Shown piece by piece: positions 27,938 to 35,628 of a DNA stretch of 39,645 nt. Both the position numbers and the translations under genes were made by a program. The notes beneath the pieces were generated by a model. It ran no database searches. It saw only the letters and a program-made list of their open reading frames with translations, and had not been told where the DNA came from. How positions within the stretch are numbered: the first letter of the stretch is position 1; each line of letters starts with the position of its first letter. Source of the stretch: an uncultured delta proteobacterium (lineage in GTDB: Bacteria > Myxococcota > Myxococcia > Myxococcales > Anaeromyxobacteraceae); contig CAWJSR010000018.1 of NCBI GenBank assembly GCA_963845515.1, positions 1-39,645 on the forward strand, written 5' to 3'.

Positions 27938-28339
27938 CTACTCCGCCGCGCCCGGCCGCACGCCGTCGATCTGGACGAGCGGCACCGTGACCTTCGACGA
28001 CACGAAGTCCAGCACGAGCTGCCTACCGAGCGCCAGGCTGACGCGGCGGAGGACGTCCCACCTGGGCGTCCTGGGATCCGAGCCGCGTTCCACGCGCGCG
28101 ATCATCGGCTGCTTCACGCCGATGCGTGCGGCCAGCTGCTCCTGCGTGAGCCCGGCCTCCTCGCGCATCCTGCGGACCGCCACGGCCAGCTCCGCGACCA
28201 CCATCCGCGCCTCCCAGGCCCGCCGGAGCTCCGGATCCTCTGAACGGTTATCCGACGGCAAGGCATCGCCGTCACCTGATCGAACATCCGCCTCTGCGCT
28301 CTGATCGCCGATCCGCCTCGGCGCCTCAACCTCTCCCAC
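27938..28339 (-). CDS. Xre-family HTH protein (HigA-like antitoxin/regulator); start uncertain
   Basis: EDPELRRAWE...VRRMREEAGLTQEQLAARIGVKQPMIARVERG...LRRVSLALG; the first ~30 aa look non-coding. Confidence 0.7.
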   Translation of the reverse strand: MGEVEAPRRIGDQSAEADVRSGDGDALPSDNRSEDPELRRAWEARMVVAELAVAVRRMREEAGLTQEQLAARIGVKQPMIARVERGSDPRTPRWDVLRRVSLALGRQLVLDFVSSKVTVPLVQIDGVRPGAAE

Positions 28340-28370
28340 GCGCTGCGGGGGAGAGGGCTGGTGAGGGGGC
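28330..28370 (-). repeat. BoxC/REP-like palindromic element
   Basis: Minus strand ccccctcaccagccctctcccc...gggagagg resembles the widespread CCCTCACCC..CCCTCTCCC-loop-GGGAGAGG element; 8-bp stem. Confidence 0.55.
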
Positions 28371-28401
28371 CCTCGCGGGTGCCGGCCATTCGCAGCCTCG
28401 C

Positions 28402-28431
28402 TTGCACCGTATGTCCGGTCCAGGTTAGGTT
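28402..28431 (+). promoter_or_regulatory. Promoter TTGCAC-N18-TAGGTT, probably leaderless
   Basis: -10 ends 6 nt before GTG 28438; no SD. Confidence 0.5.
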
Positions 28432-28437
28432 CCTCTC

Positions 28438-28720
28438 GTGGGGAAGCTCGAGTGCATTTCCTTCCCGGCGTGGGAGGCTTGGATCAACTCGGACGACCAC
28501 GACCCGCCGCATTTTCACCTCGAGAAGCCGGGCGATGCTGGTGAGAGTGCGGTTCATGCAGTCGCCTCCGCAGCTGGAGGTCGTCTACCGAACGAAGCGT
28601 CACGTGCCGACCGCAAGGGATCGGAGGCGCATTGCCGTTGGCGTCGAGGAGCACCGAGCCGCGCTTTACCGGGAGTGGCTCGAGAAGGCGCTCGTGAAGA
28701 GTCCTGGAGAGCAAGCATGA
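28438..28720 (+). CDS. DUF4160-like small protein (putative toxin); apparent frameshift near 28533
   Basis: WINSDDHDPPHFH (HxPPHxH motif) in one frame continues as VRVRF...VEEHRAALYREW in the next frame, ending in an ATGA overlap. Confidence 0.7.
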
Positions 28721-29538
28721 GTGGCGCAGCCGTTCTGGTATCGAAGCTCGACGCGGTAGCCCTCCGACGTGAGCTCGGGGCGGCCGTCCCGAAGCACGTC
28801 CGCGTCGTGGCAAAGCCGCCGCGGAGCGCAGCCCGACATGCGCTCATGCTCACGACCGATGGCGCGGTCAGGCGGTACTACCCCGAGCTTCGGCACCTCC
28901 TGGAGCGCGAGGTCGGATTGGCGCTCTTCCGCAGCAGCGAGACCGGGGTGGCGGGGAGGGGCCCCGCGCAGGAGGTCGCGCTCCTCGCGGCAGAGACTTC
29001 GATGGTGCCGTACATCGTCCCCGACCGGCACGCGCTTCGCCGGCTCGTCTTCGCCCGCACCACGGGAGCCGAGGAGCGGCTGATCGCCTCGGTGTCGCTA
29101 GAGCGCGGCGAGATCGTCGCCTGGAGCTGCGAGCCGCGTCCATATCGCGTGAAGGTTTCGGCGATCCGGCCGCTGGCGCAGCTTTCCGCGAAGGGGCTCG
29201 CAGCGTTCCACGTCAGCGAGAGCGGGAGCCGCGTCCATTGGGACGAGGGAGACGTGGACCTCGGGTTGGACGCCTTCCGCTTCCATGCGGACCCGGCATT
29301 CCGCGCTTCACGCCAGCGGGACATCCGAGCCGAGGCGCTGCGGTACGCCCACGCCATCCGCAGGCTTCGCGAAGCGAGCGGCCTCAAGCAGTCCGGAATC
29401 CGAGGGCTGTCCGAGCGCGAGGTCCGGCGCCTGGAGAGCGGGAAGCACCTGCCCCAGTACCGCTCTCTGGAGCGGCTGGCGGCCGCCCACGGTGTGGCGG
29501 TCGAAGAGTACGTGGCGGCGCTGGCGGCGACCGCGTAG
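28717..29538 (+). CDS. DUF2442-like plus C-terminal Xre HTH protein with an extra N-terminal domain (putative antitoxin)
   Basis: FHVSESGSRVHWDEGDVDLGLDAF resembles DUF2442; IRRLREASGLKQ...LSEREVRRLESGKHLP is an HTH; 273 aa. Confidence 0.72.
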   Translation: MSGAAVLVSKLDAVALRRELGAAVPKHVRVVAKPPRSAARHALMLTTDGAVRRYYPELRHLLEREVGLALFRSSETGVAGRGPAQEVALLAAETSMVPYIVPDRHALRRLVFARTTGAEERLIASVSLERGEIVAWSCEPRPYRVKVSAIRPLAQLSAKGLAAFHVSESGSRVHWDEGDVDLGLDAFRFHADPAFRASRQRDIRAEALRYAHAIRRLREASGLKQSGIRGLSEREVRRLESGKHLPQYRSLERLAAAHGVAVEEYVAALAATA

Positions 29539-29544
29539 GGCGGA

Positions 29545-29725
29545 CGGGTCCGCGGGTCAGGACCGAGAGGTATTCCCTGCAGACCTGCGGCGATACACAT
29601 GCCGCGACGTCGCTCCCCGCGAGCCTGGTGAGCAGCGCCACCGCGACCGCATGGCCAGGGTGGGCCTCCACCGTGGCGGCGATGAGCACGTTCGTATCGA
29701 TGAAGACGGGCTCAGCGCCCGTCAT
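29545..29725 (-). pseudogene. Truncated PIN/VapC toxin (N-terminal ~60 aa)
   Basis: MTGAEPVFIDTNVLIAA...VSPQVCREYLSVLTR, then similarity ends where it meets the convergent HTH gene stop (29538). Confidence 0.68.
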
Positions 29726-29766
29726 CGCCGAACCGTCCGCGCGGCGACCGCTGGCCGCCGCCCGAC

Positions 29767-31626
29767 CTACGCCTTCGCCCCGTCGTCCGGCGTGTACTCC
29801 GGCACGATCCGCTTGAGCTGCGCGCGGATCGCCGCCGGGTCGACGGCGGGGGTCTTCGCGAGCAGGTCGAGCTGGTCCTGCAGCCCGTCCCAGTCGCACG
29901 GCCGGAAGCGGCCGACGAAGATCTTGGGGTGGCGCGTCTTCTCGGCGTGCTCCGCGTCGACCGACAGCTCCTCGAAGAGCTTCTCGCCGGGGCGCAGGCC
30001 GGTGAACTTGATCTCGATGTCCTCGCCCGGCTTCAGGCCGGACAGGGTGATGAGGTCGCGCGCGAGGTCGGCGATCTTCACCGGCTCCCCCATGTCGAGG
30101 ACGAAGATCTCGCCGCCGTTCCCCATCGCCCCCGCCTGCATTACGAGCTGGGCCGCCTCGGGGATGGTCATGAAGTAGCGGCGCATGTCCGGGTGCGTGA
30201 CGGTGACCGGGCCGCCCTTCGCGATCTGCTCCTGGAAGATCGGGATGACGCTCCCGTTGGAGCCGAGGACGTTGCCGAAGCGGACGGTGACGAACCGGGT
30301 CTTCGAGCGCTGCGAGAGGGCCTGGACGTAGATCTCGGCGACCCGCTTCGACGTCCCCATCACCGACGTGGGGTTCACCGCCTTGTCGGTCGAGATCATC
30401 ACGAACCGCTCGACGCCGTGCCGATCGGCGAGGTCGGCGAGCGCCCGCGTGCCGAGGACGTTGTTCTTCACCGCCTCGAAGGGATTCCACTCGATCATCG
30501 GCACGTGCTTGTGCGCCGCGGCGTGGAAGAGGACGGTCGGCCGATAGGCCGAGAAGATCTCGTCCATCCGCTTCGGCTCGGCGACGTCGGCGAGGCACGG
30601 CTCGAGCCGCACCGAGGGGAAGCGGGCCTGCAGCTCGCGATGGATGTGGAAGAGGGCGTTCTCCGCCCGCTCGACCAGCACCAGGACCGACGGCTCGAAC
30701 CGCGCGAGCTGCCGGCACAGCTCCGAGCCGATGGAGCCGCCGGCGCCGGTGACGACGATCGCGCGCCCCTTCATCTCCTTCGAGATCAGGGCCATGTCCA
30801 GCTCGACCGGATCGCGGCCGAGGAGATCCTCGATGGCGACGGGGCGGAGCTGGCTGAAGGTGACCTGGCCGTCGACGAGGTCGCCGAGGCCGGGGATGGT
30901 CTTGAACTTCGCGCCGGTCAGCTTGCAGAGGTCCACCATGCGGCGCATCTGCGCGCCGGTGGCGGTGGGGGCGGCGATCAGGATCTCGTCCACCTCCTGA
31001 TCGGCGACGACCAGCGGGAGCTCGTCGATCCGGCCGTGGACCTGGACGCCGTGGATGTGGCCGCCCAGCTTCATCCGGTCGTCGTCCACGAAGCCGACCA
31101 CCTCGTAGCGGCCCACGTACTTGCGCTGGACCTCGCGGACCAGCATCTCCCCCGCGTCGCCGGCGCCGACGATGAGGACGCGGATGGGCTTCACGTCCTT
31201 CGTCACCGGCGCGTTGGGTGGCCGGAAGGCGCGGATGGAGAAGCGGGCCCCGCCGACGAACGCCATGGCGAGCACGTAGTCGATGATGACGACCGAGCGC
31301 GGGAAGGTCTGGAAGAAGAGGACCAGGAGGAGGGTGAAGACGAGGGTCCCGAGCGTCGTCGCCTCGAAGATCCGGATCGCGTCGTGGGCGGAGGTGTAGC
31401 GCCAGATGCCGCGGAAGAGGCTGAGCGCGTAGAAGGACGCGACGCGGATGGCGAGGAGCAGGGGGAGCCAGACCAACAACTGGGCTGCGTGCTGCTCCGG
31501 CAGGCGGAAGTCGAAGCGCAGGAGGAAGGCCGCCACCAGCGCCGCAGCCCAGAGGACGAGATGCGCGACGATGACAAACGTACGGCGTGTGGCGACGCCT
31601 ACGACCGCTGCTGCATCTTCCGTCAC
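29767..31626 (-). CDS. CapD/PglF/WbpM-family UDP-GlcNAc 4,6-dehydratase (copy 2)
   Basis: Same motifs as copy 1 (VTGAGGSIGSEL, HAAAHKHVP, STDKAVNPTSVMG, RPGEKLFEEL). Confidence 0.93.
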   Translation of the reverse strand: MTEDAAAVVGVATRRTFVIVAHLVLWAAALVAAFLLRFDFRLPEQHAAQLLVWLPLLLAIRVASFYALSLFRGIWRYTSAHDAIRIFEATTLGTLVFTLLLVLFFQTFPRSVVIIDYVLAMAFVGGARFSIRAFRPPNAPVTKDVKPIRVLIVGAGDAGEMLVREVQRKYVGRYEVVGFVDDDRMKLGGHIHGVQVHGRIDELPLVVADQEVDEILIAAPTATGAQMRRMVDLCKLTGAKFKTIPGLGDLVDGQVTFSQLRPVAIEDLLGRDPVELDMALISKEMKGRAIVVTGAGGSIGSELCRQLARFEPSVLVLVERAENALFHIHRELQARFPSVRLEPCLADVAEPKRMDEIFSAYRPTVLFHAAAHKHVPMIEWNPFEAVKNNVLGTRALADLADRHGVERFVMISTDKAVNPTSVMGTSKRVAEIYVQALSQRSKTRFVTVRFGNVLGSNGSVIPIFQEQIAKGGPVTVTHPDMRRYFMTIPEAAQLVMQAGAMGNGGEIFVLDMGEPVKIADLARDLITLSGLKPGEDIEIKFTGLRPGEKLFEELSVDAEHAEKTRHPKIFVGRFRPCDWDGLQDQLDLLAKTPAVDPAAIRAQLKRIVPEYTPDDGAKA

Positions 31627-31635
31627 TTCCAGACC

Positions 31636-31713
31636 CCCGTGCTTAGCCTCGTACTAATAGCACGGGCACGGACACGATCCGTTTCGCTGAGCCTGAGCGC
31701 GTGTACCGCGCTC
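31636..31713. other. Two intergenic hairpins between the wecA-like gene and capD copy 2
   Basis: cccgtgct...agcacggg (31636-31666) next to the capD RBS, and gagcgcg-tgtac-cgcgctc (~31696-31713) right after the upstream stop. Confidence 0.4.
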
Positions 31714-32748
31714 CTAGGACACGCCTGGAGTCGGCGCGCCGGCGCGCCCCTCGAGGCGGATGACGGCTCTAGCGTAGGCCACGAAGATCAGGAGCGCACA
31801 GGCGATGAGCGCCACGCGCCAACCCCGCCCCACGCGCAGCCAGGCGGCGGCGCTCGCGGCGACCGCGACCATCCCTGCCCAGGCGACGAGCGTGATCTGG
31901 CGATGCGGCACCCCCAGCGCGAGCGGCCGCTGGTAGAAGTGCGTCCGATGCGCCTGGAAGAAGGTCTCTCCGCGTGAAAGGCGCCGGACGAGCGTCACGG
32001 TCGCGTCGAGGATGAAGAGGGCCAGCGCCAACCCCACGACCTCTGCCGGGACGCCGACCCCGCCACCCAGGAACGGAAGCGACGCGAACAGGAAGCCGAT
32101 GGCGGTCGACCCCACGTCGCCCATGAAGATGGACGCGGGAGGGAAGTTCAAGAAGAGGAAGCCTAGCGACGCGGCAGCCAGCAGGGCGGCCAGCACGCCC
32201 TGCAGCTGGGCCCCCGCTCCAAACGCCGCGGCGGCGATCCCGACGCCAGCGATCACGGCCTGCCCACCGGCGAGGCCGTCGATGCCGTCCATGAAGTTGT
32301 AGAGGTTGGTGAGCCAGACGATCCAGAGCACGGACAGGGGCGCGAGCAGCCATACGGGCAAGGCACCCAGGAGCGCCCACGCGCCGCCGAGCCGATCCCA
32401 GGCCGAGCCGACGACGATCGCCGCCGCGAGGCATTGGGCGCCGAACCGGACGCGGGCCTTGAGGGGACGAAGGTCGTCGACGAGCCCGACGACCGAGATG
32501 AACGCGGTCGCCACGACGACGACGAGCGCCTGCCGGTCGGCGTGGCGGAGGGCGAGCAGGGCGGCTGCCGGAAGGAACGCGACCATGATCCCGATGCCGC
32601 CGAGGCGCGGCGTCGGCTTCACGTGGGCGCTGCGGTCGTTGGGGGTATCGAGCCAGCCGGTGCGATGTGCGATCTCGCGCACGAGGCGCGTGGCGACGAC
32701 TGCAGACGCTGCCGTCGTCACCAGCCCCAGGATCCACAACGAGCTCAT
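31714..32748 (-). CDS. MraY/WecA/WbpL-family polyprenyl-phosphate HexNAc-1-phosphate transferase
   Basis: RSAHVKPTPRLGG, GLVDD, NLYNFMDGIDG, FMGDVGS, AHRTHFYQ; multi-TM. Confidence 0.92.
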   Translation of the reverse strand: MSSLWILGLVTTAASAVVATRLVREIAHRTGWLDTPNDRSAHVKPTPRLGGIGIMVAFLPAAALLALRHADRQALVVVVATAFISVVGLVDDLRPLKARVRFGAQCLAAAIVVGSAWDRLGGAWALLGALPVWLLAPLSVLWIVWLTNLYNFMDGIDGLAGGQAVIAGVGIAAAAFGAGAQLQGVLAALLAAASLGFLFLNFPPASIFMGDVGSTAIGFLFASLPFLGGGVGVPAEVVGLALALFILDATVTLVRRLSRGETFFQAHRTHFYQRPLALGVPHRQITLVAWAGMVAVAASAAAWLRVGRGWRVALIACALLIFVAYARAVIRLEGRAGAPTPGVS

Positions 32749-32865
32749 CCCGAAAGATCCCCTTTAGCTCCGCTGGAAGCAGGAACTTACCAGCGCACGC
32801 CCCCAACCGCACGCTTCGTGCTGCGCGCCACACGTCGGCGCCAGCCTCTCGACGATCGCCGCGGG

Positions 32866-32894
32866 TGGCCGACGCGCCGCAGGTCGTCTAGAGT
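32866..32894 (+). promoter_or_regulatory. Candidate sigma70 promoter TGGCCG-N17-TAGAGT for the plus-strand four-gene block
   Basis: Correct spacing, 20 nt upstream of ATG 32915 with a GGGAG SD. Confidence 0.4.
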
Positions 32895-32914
32895 CGCGCA
32901 CCTTGGGGAGCCTG

Positions 32915-33706
32915 ATGAGACTATTCGCGAGAGCCGCTCGGATCCTTCGGGAAATCTTCGTCGACGAGATGCCGCTGCAGGAGTTCGCCTCGTACGACCA
33001 GTACTGGAACGCTCGAAAGACGGAGACCGGCCCGATCCATCCCCGCTATGCGCTGGTGGCGGCGCGGCTGCCCGATACAGGGAGCGTGGTCGACATCGGC
33101 TGCGGCGACGGGCGCTTCCTCCGGTACCTCAAGGCGAGCAAACCAGGTCTGCGCCTCTGCGGCGTGGACGGGTCGCAGTCGGCCGTCGATGCCGTCCGGG
33201 CGGCCGGGATCGACGGCGAGGTAGTCAACGTCGCCAAGGAGTCCCTCGCTCACCTGGCTTCCAGAGCCGAGTACGTCACGGTGATGGAGCTCATCGAGCA
33301 CATCGAGGACGCCGAGGGTGTGATGGGCAAGATCCGCGAGCTCGGAGCGAAGCGCATCTTCGTCACGATCCCGAACGTCGGCTTCATCGGGTATCGGCTC
33401 CGCCTGGCGCTCGGGGGACGGATGCCGCTCACGACCTGCGTCTTCCATATACGAGAGCACGTGCGCTTCTGGACCGTGAAGGACTTCAAGTTCTGGAGCG
33501 CCCACCTTGGCTTCCGAGTGCTCGACTACTACGGGCAGTCGGGGCCGGCCGAAGGGTCGTGGAGTTGGCGGCGCCCGTGGCAGGTCCGGCGCCTCGCCCC
33601 GTCGCTCTTCGCGCGGCAGATGATCTACGAGCTGGAGTCTGCGCAGCACGCGCCCGAAGAGGACGAGGCGCCGCGATCTCAGGCACGCTCCCAGAGGGCC
33701 CCATGA
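32915..33706 (+). CDS. Class I SAM-dependent methyltransferase (MetW-like fold)
   Basis: VVDIGCGDG, GVDGS, MELIEHIED, VTIPN, EHVRFWT. Confidence 0.85.
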   Translation: MRLFARAARILREIFVDEMPLQEFASYDQYWNARKTETGPIHPRYALVAARLPDTGSVVDIGCGDGRFLRYLKASKPGLRLCGVDGSQSAVDAVRAAGIDGEVVNVAKESLAHLASRAEYVTVMELIEHIEDAEGVMGKIRELGAKRIFVTIPNVGFIGYRLRLALGGRMPLTTCVFHIREHVRFWTVKDFKFWSAHLGFRVLDYYGQSGPAEGSWSWRRPWQVRRLAPSLFARQMIYELESAQHAPEEDEAPRSQARSQRAP

Positions 33707-34164
33707 GCAAGAACGTCATCACCTACGGCACCTTCGATCTGTTCCACGTCGGACACCTGCGCCTGCTTCATCGGCTGCGCGCGCTGGGCGACCGCCTGAT
33801 CGTGGCGGTCTCCACCGACGAGTTCAACAGATCGAAGAACAAGCGGTCGCTGATTCCCTACGAGCAGCGGGCCGAGATCGTCGCCAACCTGAGGATCGTC
33901 GACGAGGTGATCCCGGAGGAGAGCTGGGAGCAGAAGGTCGACGACATCAAGAAGCACGACATCCAGGTCTTCGGCATCGGCGACGACTGGGCCGGGAAGT
34001 TCGACTTCCTGAAGCCGCACTGCGAGGTCGTGTACCTCCCTCGGACTCACGGCGTCTCCAGCACTGCCTTGCGCGACCTCGCACACGCCGTCGATCAGGA
34101 CATGATCAATCGCCTTCGAGATCTGCATTCGGCGCTCGACGTCATCGTCAGCAGCTTCGACTGA
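33703..34164 (+). CDS. tagD: TagD-like glycerol-3-phosphate cytidylyltransferase
   Basis: VITYGTFDLFHVGH (HxGH), VAVSTDEFN, GDDWAGKFDFL, YLPRTHGVSST. Confidence 0.88.
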   Translation: MSKNVITYGTFDLFHVGHLRLLHRLRALGDRLIVAVSTDEFNRSKNKRSLIPYEQRAEIVANLRIVDEVIPEESWEQKVDDIKKHDIQVFGIGDDWAGKFDFLKPHCEVVYLPRTHGVSSTALRDLAHAVDQDMINRLRDLHSALDVIVSSFD

Positions 34165-34171
34165 GCGCCTG

Positions 34172-35596
34172 GTGAAGCCCGCGCGCAGGCTGGTGGGGGT
34201 TGCCGCATTCGTCGGGCTGGGAACGCTCGCCTCGGTAGCGTCCGTGAGCCTCTCAGGGGGGGGAGGCCCCAGCCGCCATCCCCAGGCCGAGGTCGGCGCC
34301 CGATCGCTGCCCGGTCCCGAAGCCTCGCGGACCCTCGCCGCAGGGCTCGAGGCTTCGCCGCCGGGGATCACCGGGGCCACGAGGCTAACGCCTGCGACCT
34401 CGAGCTTCGCGCCGGGTGCCCTCGTCGCTGACGCCGCGGCTCCATCTTCCGCTGCGCCACCGCGGCACCCGGTTGTGCCGCGCACTTCACCCGGAACAGG
34501 GGTGAGCGCCGCCTCCCCGGCGCGCGACGATTCGGCGAGCCCCGCAGGCGCAGGCGCGGCCTTCCGAGCGGGAGGCTCGGCAACCGCTCAGGGCACTCTG
34601 GGCGCGCTCGCCGCACCGGCGGGCGCGCCTGCGACCGCTTCACCGGGGACTGGATCCGGCAGCCACGGCGCGCACACCGCCATCACGCCCGAAGCGCCTT
34701 CCTGCCCGACCGATGGGCCGGACGCACTGGCCGCCAACGATCCTGAGGTGGTTCGCGTGGGGATCATCTCCGACACGCACGCTGGAGGCCGCCCGAACCA
34801 GTCCGCCGTCGTGCGCACCGCGCGCGCACTGGTGACGATGCGCTGCTGGGGACCCGACCTGCTCGCCATCACCGGTGACGTCGTCTCCGAGCGGCCCCTC
34901 GATTACGAACGGCAGCTCGGCTACTTGATGGCGGCGTTCTCGATGCCATCGGTGCCTCGCGCGCTCGCTCTGGGCAATCACGACGTCGCGAACAGCCCCG
35001 GGCTGACGATGGCCGCCATCCGCGCGGCCTTCCCTCCTGATGCCTCCGGCTGGCTGGTCGATGGTGAGCTGTACGGCTCCTGCGACGTCGGGGGCCTCCA
35101 CGTCGTGGTGCTCGACACGACCTACCAGGTGCGCGAGCCCGCGGTACACACCGGGCTCGATACCGGCACCAACAACGTCCAGGGGTACGTCCCCGCCGCG
35201 CAGCGCGAGTGGCTACGAAACGACCTCGCCGCGACTCAGTTGCCGACGATCGTCTTGCTCCACCAAGGCACCGGAACCACGGACTCTGCATGGCCGGTCG
35301 GATCGAGTCTCGCGAATGCCGCGGAGCTTCGCGGGATCTTCGAGGCGGCTCCACTAGGGGTCATAGCGGTCATCAGCGGCCACTCGCATCGATGGCTCGA
35401 CGCGACAGTCGAGGGAGTCCGCTACTTCGCGGTCAACTCGATCTCGTATCCAGTGGGCGACGTTGACGAGCACGACCAGGGCAACCATGCGCGGCTGGAG
35501 ATCGACACACGGAGCAGGACGCTGCGATGGTCGAGATGGGTCGACAGCTCCGTGACGGGTTACCGCGAGGTGGGGTCGATCGTCGGAAGCTTCTGA
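34172..35596 (+). CDS. Exported calcineurin-like metallophosphoesterase with long Ala/Pro/Ser/Gly linker
   Basis: N-terminal signal/anchor; all five motifs ISDTH, TGDV, GNHD, LHQ, GHSH. Confidence 0.85.
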   Translation: MKPARRLVGVAAFVGLGTLASVASVSLSGGGGPSRHPQAEVGARSLPGPEASRTLAAGLEASPPGITGATRLTPATSSFAPGALVADAAAPSSAAPPRHPVVPRTSPGTGVSAASPARDDSASPAGAGAAFRAGGSATAQGTLGALAAPAGAPATASPGTGSGSHGAHTAITPEAPSCPTDGPDALAANDPEVVRVGIISDTHAGGRPNQSAVVRTARALVTMRCWGPDLLAITGDVVSERPLDYERQLGYLMAAFSMPSVPRALALGNHDVANSPGLTMAAIRAAFPPDASGWLVDGELYGSCDVGGLHVVVLDTTYQVREPAVHTGLDTGTNNVQGYVPAAQREWLRNDLAATQLPTIVLLHQGTGTTDSAWPVGSSLANAAELRGIFEAAPLGVIAVISGHSHRWLDATVEGVRYFAVNSISYPVGDVDEHDQGNHARLEIDTRSRTLRWSRWVDSSVTGYREVGSIVGSF

Positions 35597-35628
35597 CGAC
35601 CCCAGCCTCTCCTCAGAGGTCATTCGTG

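Noticed and set aside
28438..29538. Single 366-aa ORF
   Set aside because: The small protein's C-half lies in another frame and ends in an ATGA overlap at 28717, indicating two genes.
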